DNA of 62,660 nt, the filler included, from Sphacelaria rigidula (lineage: Eukaryota), in assembly GCA_964200075.2 (NCBI GenBank). It is 8 parts of 8 records of this genome, joined end to end, with 100 filler letters (N's around TTAATTAATTAA, not from the genome) between each part and the next. Parts side by side here need not be neighbours in the genome. Positions count along the whole stretch, not along the records: positions 31,384 to 39,128 come from CAXNAA020013595.1; positions 39,229 to 46,973 come from CAXNAA020013596.1; positions 47,074 to 54,817 come from CAXNAA020013597.1; 5 more parts are not named here. One strand, written 5' to 3'. Made by a program: the position numbers and the translations under genes. Positions 37,160 through 50,098 of this stretch are shown here, in pieces. Each line of letters starts with the position of its first letter. Position 1 is the stretch's first letter. The notes under the pieces were generated by a model that saw nothing but the letters and a program-made list of their open reading frames with translations, ran no database searches and was not told the DNA's origin.

Positions 37160-37462
37160 TGGCGCGAAAAAAAAGTCGTTCGCCAATAGATGGTGACAAA
37201 AAAACAACCATCCGTCATGTGATGACAGAGAGCTTCTCTACCATAGCCCCCCCCGAAAACCATCCCAAAACTATCACGATCGAAGAAAATGGTGATACAC
37301 CGTCTGGTGTTTGGTTTCAGGCTACATGGAGCGCCTCATATATGGGCGACATTGGCGAAGACGATCCCAAGCGTGGGGATTCCCAGCAGCTCGTTGTGCT
37401 CGACTTTTGTCATTTCGAGGTACTAGGCGTAAATTTTATCTCCCCAAACGAGCCACTTCATT

Positions 37463-37965
37463 TGGGGGGGGGGAGGGTGTACTCATGATCATGCATACCA
37501 TAGTCATAAGACCATTGACCTCGCATCTTTACAAAGTCGGGACGGAGCACGCCGTGTTTTCGCCGGACCACTCAAATCACCAAGCGCGAAGTGCCGTGGT
37601 GTGTTCGGCGAGTCGCATGAAGGGTGAGCTGCATCCTGCTATGATTGTTCGGGCCGAAGCCTACGGATTATCTTGACAGCCTCCAATGAGTTGCTTTATT
37701 TTCTGGTATCGCCACTTCCAGAGACATCCCCGGCTTATACACTACCTCATGGATACCTCACAATGTAAGCACTACGTAGTACGATCATCCCTATTGTGCG
37801 GAGGCGAGGTTCTCCCACGCCGCATAACATGATCTACTGTAGCTCGACTACGATCATGGTTACCGCAAAAAAACGCAAGCGCGCAGAAAAATCGGTAACC
37901 TGGTTGCCTAGCTTACGCAGTGAGTGGCGTGTTTTATAGCGTCATAGACAACCGACGCCAACCCC
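37463..37965 (+). repeat. High-copy interspersed repeat family A (longest copy)
   Basis: GGGTGTACTCATGATCATGCAT..GGGACGGAGCACGCC..CACCAAGCGCGAAG..GTTGCCTAGC, homologous to 4688-5450. Confidence 0.85.
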
Positions 37966-39128
37966 ATCGGGGGCTATTATTCGCCCCTACAAAGCCGGGA
38001 CGGAGCACGCCGGGTTCTCGACAGACCGGAGCGAAGTGGGGGGGGGCTACTATAATCGTAGAAAGTGTCTATTATAGAATGCTAGGAGGTCAAGTACGCG
38101 GTACGCGCCCACATATTTGCCGAGAGGGAAGGAGTGATGCTACCACGATCGGGCGGGGGGGGGGGTCACTTCGGGCCATTTCTTCCACAAAAATCCATTT
38201 TCAACCAATCATCGTGGAGCTGCAGCTTGTGTTCGAACGCGCTTTTTAGCTATAAGACACACCCATTAACACTTGACATCGCGTTTTCACCCACCGAATA
38301 CAAACTCACCGCGAGTAGTTACAAATTACGTTGTCCGGCACATGCTGGTGGTATGATTGCGCGAAAACGACGACGCGCGGCGCATCGCCTCGAACTTCGG
38401 GGTGAAATTTCGACAGCAGAGAGGCAACACATAGATAGATAGGCCTCGCCTCCCCCCGGAATCAGCAAAATCTTTATTTCCAATTGCTTTGAAGGAGCTG
38501 AAAATAAAGTCCTAAAAATTACATCGCCCACAGTTGGCGCGAAAAAGAAAAATGCTGCTGCCGGGCAAAGGACCCTGAGAAGCAAGACGTGGACCTACTA
38601 CGGGTCTTCTTGTGCTTCTTCTCTGTTGTCAAGATTTCACCTCGGAATAAGAAAAACTGCTCTGGCATGGCCTGTGGACGGCGGTGACGGAGCCTTGACT
38701 GGCTCAACTCGTAGGTCATCATCTGGGTCACGCATTCCTTTTTTCATGTGAAACTGATGCATAGTCAGCAGCAGATTCAGGTGATAATGACCTAGCTGAA
38801 CAACATGTACGTGAGATTAGGAACGGAGTTCATTTTCGGATCGGGAGTTCTCTGGTGATTTACACCGAGAGCGTCGAATCGTCCGAAACGGCCGTCACTC
38901 CCCTGGAAGCCCATGATCGAACGGGAATTTCGGCGCAATCAGATTTAAAACCGGTGATGACGCCTTCCATGAGATACGACCAAAAACGTGATGACTTTTT
39001 TTTTTGCCGCTTCGTGGATTGGTGTCGAAATAGTTTGTGTTGGAGTCAGTGTTACCCCCCCCCGGTGTTGCTCCGTCTCGAAAGGGATGCGTGGTCAAGG
39101 GTCAAACGACTAAGGCAAGCAACAAATG

Positions 39129-39228
39129 NNNNNNNNNNNNNNNNNNNNNNNNNNNNNNNNNNNNNNNNNNNNTTAATTAATTAANNNNNNNNNNNNNNNN
39201 NNNNNNNNNNNNNNNNNNNNNNNNNNNN
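39129..39228. other. Artificial scaffold linker
   Basis: N44-TTAATTAATTAA-N44. Confidence 0.98.
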
Positions 39229-40143
39229 AGGAAGAGAAGGAAGTGACTGAGTATGGCTACCTCAACACCATGACAAGTAGACCTTCACAGCCAGACATCA
39301 CGTACGTAAGTACAAGATATACGCCTACTACGGTATCAAATCCCACCGCATGTAACTGACAATGTCGAGTAAAGGCAGATACCTTCGTACTGTGGTTTGT
39401 CAGTACTGCAGACTACACTGAAAAGGCTGTTCACACCAACAGACGCGGGATGGCTCCCAGGCTGTTCACGGTGTAGTATCGAGCGTGAAGTGCCAGCCAT
39501 GGATGACACCGACCTTGCCTGAGGGGTCTCGGTATGCCTTCGTTGGGAATGCAGAGTGTTCCTTGAGCAAAGTACGGTGTTGTCAGACTTCACGTCGGCG
39601 CCAATTTTGACCGAAACGCGTTCTGCGCACGCTAAGAGCACTCAAGGAAGTAGTAGCACTCTTCCAAGAGTCATTTTATCAAGTGGCAATATCCACGGAA
39701 TATTTTGCTGTTCTAGCTTTCCCTGACATGTAATCACTGCGCAGATTATTATGATGACTATTCCCGCACATGAGTCCGATGACTCGAACCCGTGGTCACA
39801 GACGTAGGCTCTTGTTTACAACACCGTCCCTGCTAGTCCTTACAAGAGATGGAGTCCTCCATCATTTCGTTTGAGACTCCTGCCTGATTGCAAGAGCAAA
39901 ATCAGTTCACTGGAATATTACCAAAATGAAAATAATAAGAAATACGCGATGGAAAACATGAGAAGGAGCCTCTCCGAGTTCAACGCGGGGTGAAAAGAAA
40001 AAAACAGAACTACTAAGGAACGCACACCGACAGGACATATGAAGAAAAAAAGACAAGAACATACAGATGACACAAGAGGATTCACAAGGTCACCGAGCGG
40101 GGGGCAACTCAAGAAGACCTCCACCACAGCTCTTCGGAAGGAC

Positions 40144-40253
40144 CACGGGTGGCCACTGGGGTGCCTGTAATCTCAAATTTGAACGGTACAGACGTTGTGC
40201 AAGGTCTGTCACGTCCGAATTCCAGGTTACAGGCACCCCAGTAGCCACCCGTG
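40144..40253. repeat. 110-bp hairpin downstream of the LINE remnant
   Basis: CACGGGTGGCCACTGGGGTGCCTGTAA pairs with TTACAGGCACCCCAGTAGCCACCCGTG. Confidence 0.85.
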
Positions 40254-40334
40254 ACCGCAGATGTTCTAGTGAGTGTACTACCCGATGGACTATTGGTTAC
40301 GTTTCGGAAGTCCTCGGTAAGCACTGGGAGAGCT

Positions 40335-41190
40335 CTAGTGGTCGCACAGCAAAACGTTCCTAAGCGTTGCGTACTTTCGTCCAGGCTGCCATGTACATTG
40401 AGCCCCCTCCTTTACAACTCGGGACGATTCGGATACATCTTGGGCAACCTGCGTCCACGATGTCGCTTGTATTCCGAAGTACGAGCAGTAGTCCACGATA
40501 CAGTATTTTAGACGTATTGCTGGTCGGCCTGCCGTCGTGTTCCCCTCAACCATGTCTACACGCATGATGATGTTTGGGATGTTGGGGAGGCGTTCATTGT
40601 GTATGCGTACAACACGGCCGGCGTGTAGGAGGTTTCGCTTCATCACTGTGGCCTTAATGCAGTTGTAGCCGGTTCGTTCGAGGACCTCGTGGTATGGCAG
40701 CCTGGGGTAGTCAGGAGCCCTGCGGCTTGAGGTATGCTTATAAAGGCACCTCAGCGGGTATTCTCGATGGGCCTCCCGTAACGCGCCAGCATTTCGTGTG
40801 CGATCGTCCAGGTCACGAAGCGGCACAGCACTACCTTGATCACTTCAGTCTTGAGGACACCAACCGTGGTGGCGAGGGCGATGTATGGGTTGTCGTATAC
40901 CGCTCTGCTGTACAAGCACGGGCAGGCCTCGCCAATGCGGCTGTGAATCTCGGGAGTGACATCACCGATGCCGCTGATTGTTCCGCCGAGGTACAGAAAT
41001 GACTCAACCTTTCTGTATATTTGGCCCGCTGCCTCCACGTAGATCGTATCCGTCTTCTTTTCCGCGAAGACGAGACCGAATGTTGGACATACTTCGACGA
41101 TGGCCATCATTTTTGCCAGGCTTACCCGCGACCGCGAAGCGATGACAGCGTCGTCGGCGTATAGCATAGCCCAGAGCACCGCCGCACCGC
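40335..41190 (-). mobile_element. 5'-truncated non-LTR retrotransposon (RTE-like) reverse transcriptase remnant
   Basis: MLYADDAVIASRS..FGLVFAEKKT..VESFLYLGGTIS..EIHSRI, then frameshifted C-terminal LLHAGRVVRIHNERLP..GRP. Confidence 0.9.
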
Positions 41191-44100
41191 GCGATCTGAG
41201 GTAATCTTTCAAACCGGCATCATTTTCATTCGGAAAGAGTGTGCATGATCCGGATGGACTACCCTCGCGGTCTAAGGCTGATGCCGGTTCAACAGATTAC
41301 CTACTCGGAGGGTTTGTATTTACGCCGCAGGATGACACACGTCGATAAATTGCACCCTGTGGGGCACGTCTACAGGATTCAGGGAAACTGTGCAGTGTTT
41401 CTCGCAGGGATTTGACTGTAGGGTGTTTTTTTGCGCCACACAGGACGCTTCACAGGATTTCAGGGAAACTGTACAGTGTTTCTCGCGGGAATTTGGTTGT
41501 AGGGTATGATTTTGCGCACATACAATATGCTCGACCTAGAGCGACCTATTTGCAGGTGGGGTATGCAAAGAAGAGCGTACAGGTCGCAAACGCCTCCAGA
41601 GCCAACCCACGATAAATCCACTATCAATTCGAAATGCTGCACACACGAAACAACGGTCAGGTGTCCTTCGCAGCTGTCCACAGTAGGGCAGTAAGGAAAG
41701 CATCTTGTCGTAGGGCAGAAGAAAACACGCCTGCGGCGATGAGCTTCCTGCTCGATATTGACGAGAAAACAGTCGTCTTGTGTTCCTGGTCAGCCAAGCA
41801 CCGCGCATGCATGCGTGATTGTATGGATGCGCTGACAACACACGGACTGTATACAGTATGCATCAGCTGCTTGCCATCGAGAATATCTCCATATCATACT
41901 GTTGTTGCACTGCTGTTGTACAAGACACCACGCTGTCTGTACACCGTGTCTGTGTACTGTGCAGGCTATCCAAGTGGCAGCACGAGTAGCGGGAGTGGTC
42001 CTGTATCGCGTCACATGCCAACAGTTCAGAGCACCATAGCCCCTGTACAGTTGTACCCCTGTCAGTTGTACCCCTGTACTGCTGTTGCCTGTTGTTCGTC
42101 GTACATAGTGTACAGTCCGCACAGCAAACAGCAGGTAACGGTACTTGTGGTACGATGATGGTGCGACTTCGCAAGTTTCCCTACTTGCGGGTATACGACC
42201 GTGTAGAGTACTCAGAGCATCCAAATGTCGTTATCTGCCCGGATACACCGTGTTCCTGCGCATGGGCTGGCGGGTGTGAACGATTGTCATTACGCAACGC
42301 ACACTCTCATGACAGGATTACACTCAAACACCCAGCTAATTTCATGTTGCCCATGCCGCAGCAACCATCAACCATCAACATATTTTTGTGCTTCCAAGAA
42401 ATAGCCCTGAAGAAGTGCCCCGAGAAAAAACGATTGATTCCACGATTCCCGGTAGTTTGTAGCAAATAAATTATCGCCGCCTACGTTTGCAGCATCCTGC
42501 CCCACAAGCAGAGGAATATGATCGGTGTTACAGCCCTGCTGTACGCTACTCCTGCGGAGTACGCCTGTTGTGTCGTGCGCTCAAGAGCATTTGAAAATGG
42601 GTGTGTCGTGGAATTGGTTCTGGAGGTGTTCGCGACCTATACGCTCTTATTTGCATACCCCACCTGCAAATGGGTCGCGCCGTTCACCTTACAGCGCGGG
42701 CGCAGTAGTGGCGAAAAACAGTTCATTTGTGACAGGGGTGGGTAAGACGTTAGTTGCCGAGAGAAGAACGCACTGAGCTTTGAACCCTCTCTAACTTGTC
42801 GTGAACGTGAACATGAATTTTGGGTTTCTAATGGATATATCAAGCAATATAACTTCAGAAACGAAAACTTGAGCACCCTCATCTTGTAATTTTGAAATGT
42901 TCGCCTGTTGGCAACTTGGGAGGAAAAGTGCTCTCTCGGGTGTAAATTACCTGTGGAGTTTGACTTTGTGGGACCCCAGAAATTTTGTACTTCAAAGTAC
43001 TTGTACATTATATAGTATAGATGATGATCCGAGATCCATGCAAGTCACCCATAACAGTAACACTTTTGTTCAGCTATACCGCACAACCCAATACACTGTC
43101 TGTAGCAACGAGCACGAGTTGGGCACAGGGATCTAGATACACACTGCCGTGGTTAGGTATGAGGTATTTTTTGTTGGTAAATGGAAACTTGATCATCTTC
43201 TTTCATGGTCGCGCGGCATCGCATGGCGACGGATCGAACCGCCATATGCACGCGGGGTATAGATAGCACGTACTCACCGCATATAGAGATGATGCATGGG
43301 CGCAGGCATCGTCAGTACAAAGCTGCACGTTGTTCAAGTCCTTTTCACGTCGCAGTGGAGGCAGAGCACATATATAGTCCTGCGCTGTCTGTACTGTACC
43401 TTCCCTGGTTCGAAGCACAGGCGTGTGGGCATAAACTTGTGAGCAGTCTGTGGGATTTCTATTCAGCAAAAACTGTTGAGACTTCATTCATCCTTCAGCC
43501 CAATTGATCCATGAACTGGGGGGCAAGAGGATGAAGCGTTTTCATAGTTTTTTTGCATCTCGGATCCCACCCGCTGATGACGGCTCAGTATGCGGGATCT
43601 GCACAGCTGATGCTGTTCGCAATGATTCTCTTTTGCCTAACTTCTGGAAGAATTGGCGAGCAAAGTGAGGATTTATTTCGAGCTTTTTCTGTTCAAATCC
43701 CAAGTCTGCCAGTGTGCATGGGATTCGTACAGCAGGAGAGGTTGTTTGAAATGGATCTTTTTTATATCCAATTTGATTGGGCGAAAAAAGGGTCCATTTT
43801 GAATAGCTTCTTCTGCTGTTCGAAATAAAAAAAATTATCGCCCAATTAAAGTGGGCGTTAAAAGGATCTGTTTTGAATAGCTTCTCCTGATGTCCAAGAT
43901 AAAATTCCTTGTTGCCAGATTTGAATCGGGAAAAAAAGGATTTATCTCGGACAGTAGAAGAAGCTATTCGAAATGAATATAGAGGGCCTCTCCACAGGGT
44001 TGTTTGCAGGGTTTCGACAAAAACGCTATGCAAAATGCTGGTAGAGGTACTAGGGTTTGCGAATGCAGTGCAGGATTTCTCACAAAAGACGGTAAAGAAC

Positions 44101-44638
44101 CCTGTGCAGCACGTCCTACAGGGTGCTATCTGTCCACGGGTGGAAGCACTTTGTGTCTACGGAGCCATAAAACACCCTCGTGCCCAAGCGTTCACCGTCT
44201 ACCTTCGCCGGGTTACGGTCGCGGTTCGTGGTGACGTGCAGTTGGGTCAGTCTACAAAAGATCCAGATATTGTGAGGAGGGGGGATGACGAGATTGAGCC
44301 TTTGATCATCGGAGGTGTACACTTGTTGAAGGGCTTAGTTTCCTGTGTGGTATTTGCATCAGTTTTACTCGAAAAAATCATGAGAATGAGGCTGATGCTA
44401 CAAATGAACACCTCCGGCGGTTCAAGGGTCGGAATTGGCGCCGTGGGACAAAGCACCCTGTGACTACGAGCGCCATGGAATCCTCTCGGTGCACAAGTGG
44501 TGACGACCTGCCGCCATCGGCGGGTTACGGTTGGAGGGAGGGTAAGAGTATAGCTGTTACAGTCTATACCGGAGATTTAGATATTACGGAGAGAGGAACT
44601 GACGACGAAATCGAACCCTTGACCGCCTCTTACGTTAA

Positions 44639-44738
44639 CCCTTTGACCGCGAGGGTAGTTCACTTGCTGATTCGCCATTAATTTCACTTGGAAAAATCAT
44701 AGGGATCCAGATGAACTGCCCGCATCGCGGTCTAAGGG
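44639..44738. mobile_element. 100-bp piggyBac-like MITE
   Basis: TTAA|CCCTTTGACCGCGAGGGTAGTTCA ... TGAACTGCCCGCATCGCGGTCTAAGGG|TTAA. Confidence 0.8.
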
Positions 44739-46422
44739 TTAAATAGGAATCATTTTCGTATATTTTCCGAGTAAAAATCAACAAAGGTAGTCACTGGCAC
44801 GAAAGGGGGGTCGAGCGGCTGAGAACGGCACTGGTACCGGAAAGACAGGTCCCGTTGTATTGACTGGTGAAGAGAAAGTCAATGGCGCCAAGGAAGTAGG
44901 GTGCGTTAGATTCTCATGAGGGACACGTCAAATGGCCTGGCAGGTCACTGGTGCCGCAGGTTCCGCGAGATATATTTCCAGGAGGAAGAAGACGTGAAGA
45001 GTGGGACGGAAATCGGTTGCGTTAACTCCGAGTAGGGGAACGTGAGATTATGGTGGCAACGGAAGTTACTGGTTCCAGATGAAGTTCCGCGGAGAAAAGG
45101 GCGGATTCCGCGAAGGGAAACGGGAAAGAGCGGATAAAGCACAGATTTCAACAAAACGACGGGAGAGCAGACATGGAAGAATGAAATTCTGGCCGCTGGT
45201 GCGTCGAAGTGCGGAGTAATACTGAGCTGTTAGGTATCGTCAGACCTGCGTGCAGGGATCGCATCTGCGGATAACCATAACGTATGAGAGTAAGAACTAT
45301 ACACAAATAAATATATGGATTCAACATCTGTTTTGACGACATCGTCCATCATTAGATACTCTCTGGAACAGTCCATGGTTCACGGCAACGGCTATCGATA
45401 GATACCCTCAAAATCATTGGGTGCGGCAAAGAAAATTGATGAATTGTTCACCATACTCGTTGATGACTCTCAATACGTGGCTCACCGAATCTAACGATGA
45501 CGGTGGCTATCGATATATGCCTCACCATATATATCGAGTACGGCAATGACTATCGATACACATGTTCCAAAACCTATTGCGGCATTCGATTTCCGTCGAT
45601 TGCCCGTGATCTTTGTCTATTGTAATCACAACAACAAATATATCGGTTCTTGCAACATCTTTTGTCACTTCCGACGATTATCAAAATATGTTTCACAATC
45701 TATTGTGTTCGACAGTAAAACGATGGGCTCGCCCCTGCATCTACTACTGACGAAATGGCCTAAAGGTTTGTCCATTGTCGTGACTGTGAGACCGCTACTC
45801 AGAAGTGGAAACAACCCTTGTCACAGATATCACTCCTTAGCTGCTGCTGAAACGAAAAATATGTCAGCTAACGTTCTTTTTCGTCGTCCATGAGAGCGCA
45901 AGCGGTGGTGCGCCTCCAGCAGTAGAAACAATACGAACGAGCAGAGTCGGGTACTATGGCGATGATTGCTTGCGATGACGAAAGCATGCTACTTGTGCAG
46001 CTAGGTTGTGCATCGTCTTTCGCTGGAGAGAGTTGAGAGTGAGGTCATTGTGCAGTACAGATGTTGTTGTTGTGGTGGTGGTGGTTGTCGTTTTTTTTTT
46101 TTTTTCACAAAACCTATCGATAGACAGTGATGCCCCAACACTCATGTTGAATTTTGCGGATTGCTATTTGGAGGTGTAAACCCAAGATATTTTCACAGAT
46201 GGCCTGCCTACCGCGTAGTTGATTCAGCGTATCTTCATATTCAACATGTGCACGTCCATCCGCCATGAAGTTTATCCTCAGGATATTCGCAAGCAGTCAG
46301 AAACGGCCCCATCTCATTTTTACATGTATGTACTCGCACAACCACAAAGTCTACCTGTATCCATACCCGAAACCTTCTGAACTTTCGACACCCTTGACGC
46401 GTTTCACTTGCACCTCCTACAG

Positions 46423-46603
46423 CCACATGCGCGAGGCTATGATGAACATCATGACAGCTTCCGTCGATCGACTGCACCAGCGGGGCCGTGGGGGGATCAT
46501 GCCTACCCAAGCGGTGCAGAGTGTCGACGTCGACGCCTCCACGTGCATGTTCTGGTGTGCGAGTGCTCTCGGGGGGCTTGCCCAAGGTGCTGCAGTTGAC
46601 GCG
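46423..46603 (+). CDS. Internal exon, probably of a brown-algal Zn2Cys6-type transcription-factor-like protein (region downstream of the zinc cluster)
   Basis: CTACAG acceptor and GTATGT donor, encoding HMREAMMNIM..DASTCMFWCASALGGLAQG. The family assignment comes from recalled resemblance only, and no zinc-cluster exon was located. Confidence 0.45.
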
Positions 46604-46973
46604 GTATGTGCTTGGTGTCAGGAACGGCAGAGCACGTTGTGGGTAGTAGGTCTCAACGCATACAGTACCGTGAAAGTTTGTTGATGCAGGTTCCCAAAGC
46701 TTGAGGTCACCGGTTGTATATTTGTGTGTGCCAGGGATGCCTACGATGTTCATGACGTTCTGTGTTTTCCGAGGACAGGATCTACACTTCTGTTCGCGAT
46801 GGTCTCTTGCGTTGGCCGCTCAGGTGTAGCACCTAGCGGACCAATTGAAATGCGGTGTTCTCGCAGTCAACGCGAAACCCTATCGCACTTCCACTAGCTT
46901 GATGCCCCCAGGAGCAATGCTACGGTAGGGGTGCACTTTTTTCGCGAAATTTTGTCTGGTTCAGAGGCTCCTA

Positions 46974-47073
46974 NNNNNNNNNNNNNNNNNNNNNNNNNNN
47001 NNNNNNNNNNNNNNNNNTTAATTAATTAANNNNNNNNNNNNNNNNNNNNNNNNNNNNNNNNNNNNNNNNNNNN
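46974..47073. other. Artificial scaffold linker
   Basis: N44-TTAATTAATTAA-N44. Confidence 0.98.
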
Positions 47074-49409
47074 CGTCCATAGCGCCACCGCTACTGCCTT
47101 GAACAAAAATCCGGCTGTGTCACCCTCTTCATCTCTTCATTGCGGTAAGTATGATACCATATGTGCGACTATTGGGTGCGTATTGCGGAAGGCATTTGCT
47201 GATGATACAATTTGGGGTGATCACCGTGAAACAGCCTGTATGAAAAATAATGTCGGCACGCAGTGCTCTCTACACACCGTTGAAACGTTCATGGTGTGTT
47301 GGCTGTTTTGTCTCAAGTCGACGGAATAAGGCGCTTCCCCAACCCATCATTTCTGTGCTGTAGTTCTCGCCGTGCTGTTGGGCATCTAAACACTCTACGA
47401 CGATCACGGTGCGATGTGCACTGGAGAGTGCGTACTGCTGCATGCCGTGTTCCGGGCTGCACAGAATTGGGGTGGGATCAAGGTGCTGTCGGAACAGAGG
47501 AAGGTTGAAACAATCGCCACATGACGGCTGTACAGCTGTCTGTTGAGTCTTCTCTGGTACTTCAATTATGGTCGGGTGCTGTGATCGGGGAAGACACGCC
47601 AGGGGGGTGCGTGCAGGTTGGGAAAAACAAACTGAGCCAGCACGGAGCTGCTGTATCCTCGTTTATTGTCGGTAGCAGCTGTCTGTGTCGCTGCGGCGCA
47701 ATGTGTGGACCAATCACAGCTGCTTTTTGACTTATATCTACTACTGATATATCTCATCTGATTGAAGAAAGTTCGCCGCATTTTGGTGTATTTAAAGACT
47801 CTGATTGGTCGAGAAACTTTGCAACTCATAAATCTTGTCCCTATCTGTGGGCCCAGTGCCGCGCTCGAAGTGCAGTGCCCAGGGTGGTGTTTTAGGGCGA
47901 TACGGACTAGATACCCCGTTCATCAGGGGGACGTTATTGTGTCATGTGTATATTTATCTGAATATTTGAATGAATACGAAAAAATTCTTCACAAAAACGA
48001 TCGAGATCGTGTTTCCCTCCTATACTGCACGGACCTCAGTCTAGCACTTTCTGCGGATGGCCTCTTTTCGTTTTTTTTCCGCATAACATTTTCCATGACC
48101 TCTCGAAAGTGCTAGCGTCGATAGTTTTGGCAGAATAAGCAGACCGTGCTCAAATAACAGTGCCCAAGTTGGTGTTGTGGGGGCGATACGGAGTAAAGAC
48201 CCCGTTTATCAGGAGGATGTTATTAACCGTGCATGTTCCAACAAACATATTTTTCCGACTCTAGCGCAGTGAATTGGTAGAATTTTGCAAAAATAATCTC
48301 TTTTGAGTCTTCACTTATATGATCGGGATTGAGTCGGTCCACCGTACATACCAAAAAGCTAGAACCTGGAGTTGCACTTTCGCAGGGCCCCCGACGATTG
48401 GTCACGCCCGTAAGTCACTCAATATTGATCGCAGATATTTTTTCTTTCAATATTTGTCAACATGAATAAAATATCTCCAGATGCCCATTTCTTGGCATCC
48501 AACAGTCACTGTGATGAGCGGTGGCAAGCGAAACGAATTTGGAAAATCTTCGAGAAACGAAGAGATTACGAATTCTGCAAACTTCTTGCCCTGACTACTG
48601 TATTTCACCAACACTACCAACGGGAACACCGTTTCGACTAGACTTCTACTTACTATGCTAGCACGATTTTTGAAGAGTTCACTTATCTTAAAAATAATGT
48701 GGGATCGCTAACAAGTAAAACCGTGCTAGCATAATAAGTTGAAGCCTAGTTTCGACAGACCTCTTTCACCCGGACCGGCATCAAGTTGTCACGAAGCAGA
48801 TATTGGGGCACATCTGGACGCATTGTATTTGCGCTGTCGACATCATGCAACATTTGCTTCACACTCCGGGTGGTTCCCGGGTAAAAGTCATCATGCATCG
48901 AGAATTGGGCAAGGCTTCCGGTATTGAGGTTCAGCTCGAAATGATGCCGTTGCAGGCATCCTGGGCTTGGCCAGAGGTATTGGACAGTTCTCGGGTGCAC
49001 AATGCGCACGAATTACGATGGGATGATTGATTCCTTGCTGCTCTGAGTGCTCTGTCATGACACCAAGACCTATTGCGCGAGACGAGACAGATTGTACAAA
49101 ATAGGGTGTTTCAGTCGTTGTGAGATGGCTTCGGGGAAGACATACCATCTCAACACGAAATCACAGATCACAAAATACAAAATACAAAATAGGGGAGGCG
49201 ACCTGTAGCTTTAGGCGAAATATTATTGGTGATTTTTTCAAACAAACTAACACGAATACTGGCTGATACGCCCACATATACAGGTGTGGATTGTCGTCCA
49301 GAAAAGATGGGATGACAACATAACATACATCCGAAAAACAGGGACGACAATGATCGTGTCGACGAGGGCTGATTCACAAAGGTCAGAAACGAATGTACTA
49401 AAGATGAGG

Positions 49410-50098
49410 CTAACCCTAACCCTAACCCCGACCAGGCATATGAGAACCAACCCTCGGGTGGGGAGGGGGCAGAGTGTTCTCTAGGCCAAGTGTGGCGTTG
49501 GCAGACCTCAAATCGGCGGCGTCGATTTTGACGAAAACGCGTTCTGCGCAAGTGAGGGGCACTTGGGACTGTAAGCCCCACGAAAGATCCAAATTTCTGT
49601 GATCAGACTTGAATCAAGTGAAATTATTCCTTGAGGAGTCATTTTACCAAGTGGTAATATCCACTGGGATAGCTACCCTATGTGTACTCCGTGGCGCTCG
49701 CAAGCGTTCTAGAGTCATCAGGTACGTTGCCAGTCCCGAAAATTCCGGATATCTCTGAAAAAACTAAAACCTTGTGATAACCTGGTTCGCGAGAACGCGC
49801 TGCAACATTCCGCTTCGATTTTTCGATCAACTCAGTACACCTATAGCTTCGGGCGAAAATCTATGGTTGGCGGGGTGACTACTTGATTTTAGACTGGAGA
49901 AAGTTCCAAGAATTTTTATGGTTTGGGGCAGGTGAGCAGTGGACCGAGCTCGTCTAGAAGGTTTTTTTGTCCAAAATAAGGGCGCCTGCGGCATCGCTTT
50001 GACGGCAGCCAAAGCACACTTTGCCTAAGGGAACCTTTGCACCTTTCTTGCCCGAGGGTCTCGTACGCCTTGGGTCGTGGTTAGAGTTAGGGTTAGGG
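49410..50098. mobile_element. Element with diverged inverted arms, capped by (CCCTAA)n and (TTAGGG)n
   Basis: Left end CTAACCCTAACCCTAACCCCGACCAGGC..CCCTCGGG; right end CCCGAGGGTCTCGTACGCCTTGGGTCGTGGTTAGAGTTAGGGTTAGGG. Confidence 0.65.

Noticed and set aside
43909-44463. 184-aa ORF
   Set aside because: It spans several repeat fragments and a MITE, and shows no domain signature.
48746-49009. ORF ..QFSMHDDFYPGTTRSVKQMLHDVD..
   Set aside because: No recognisable motif or splice-consistent neighbours.
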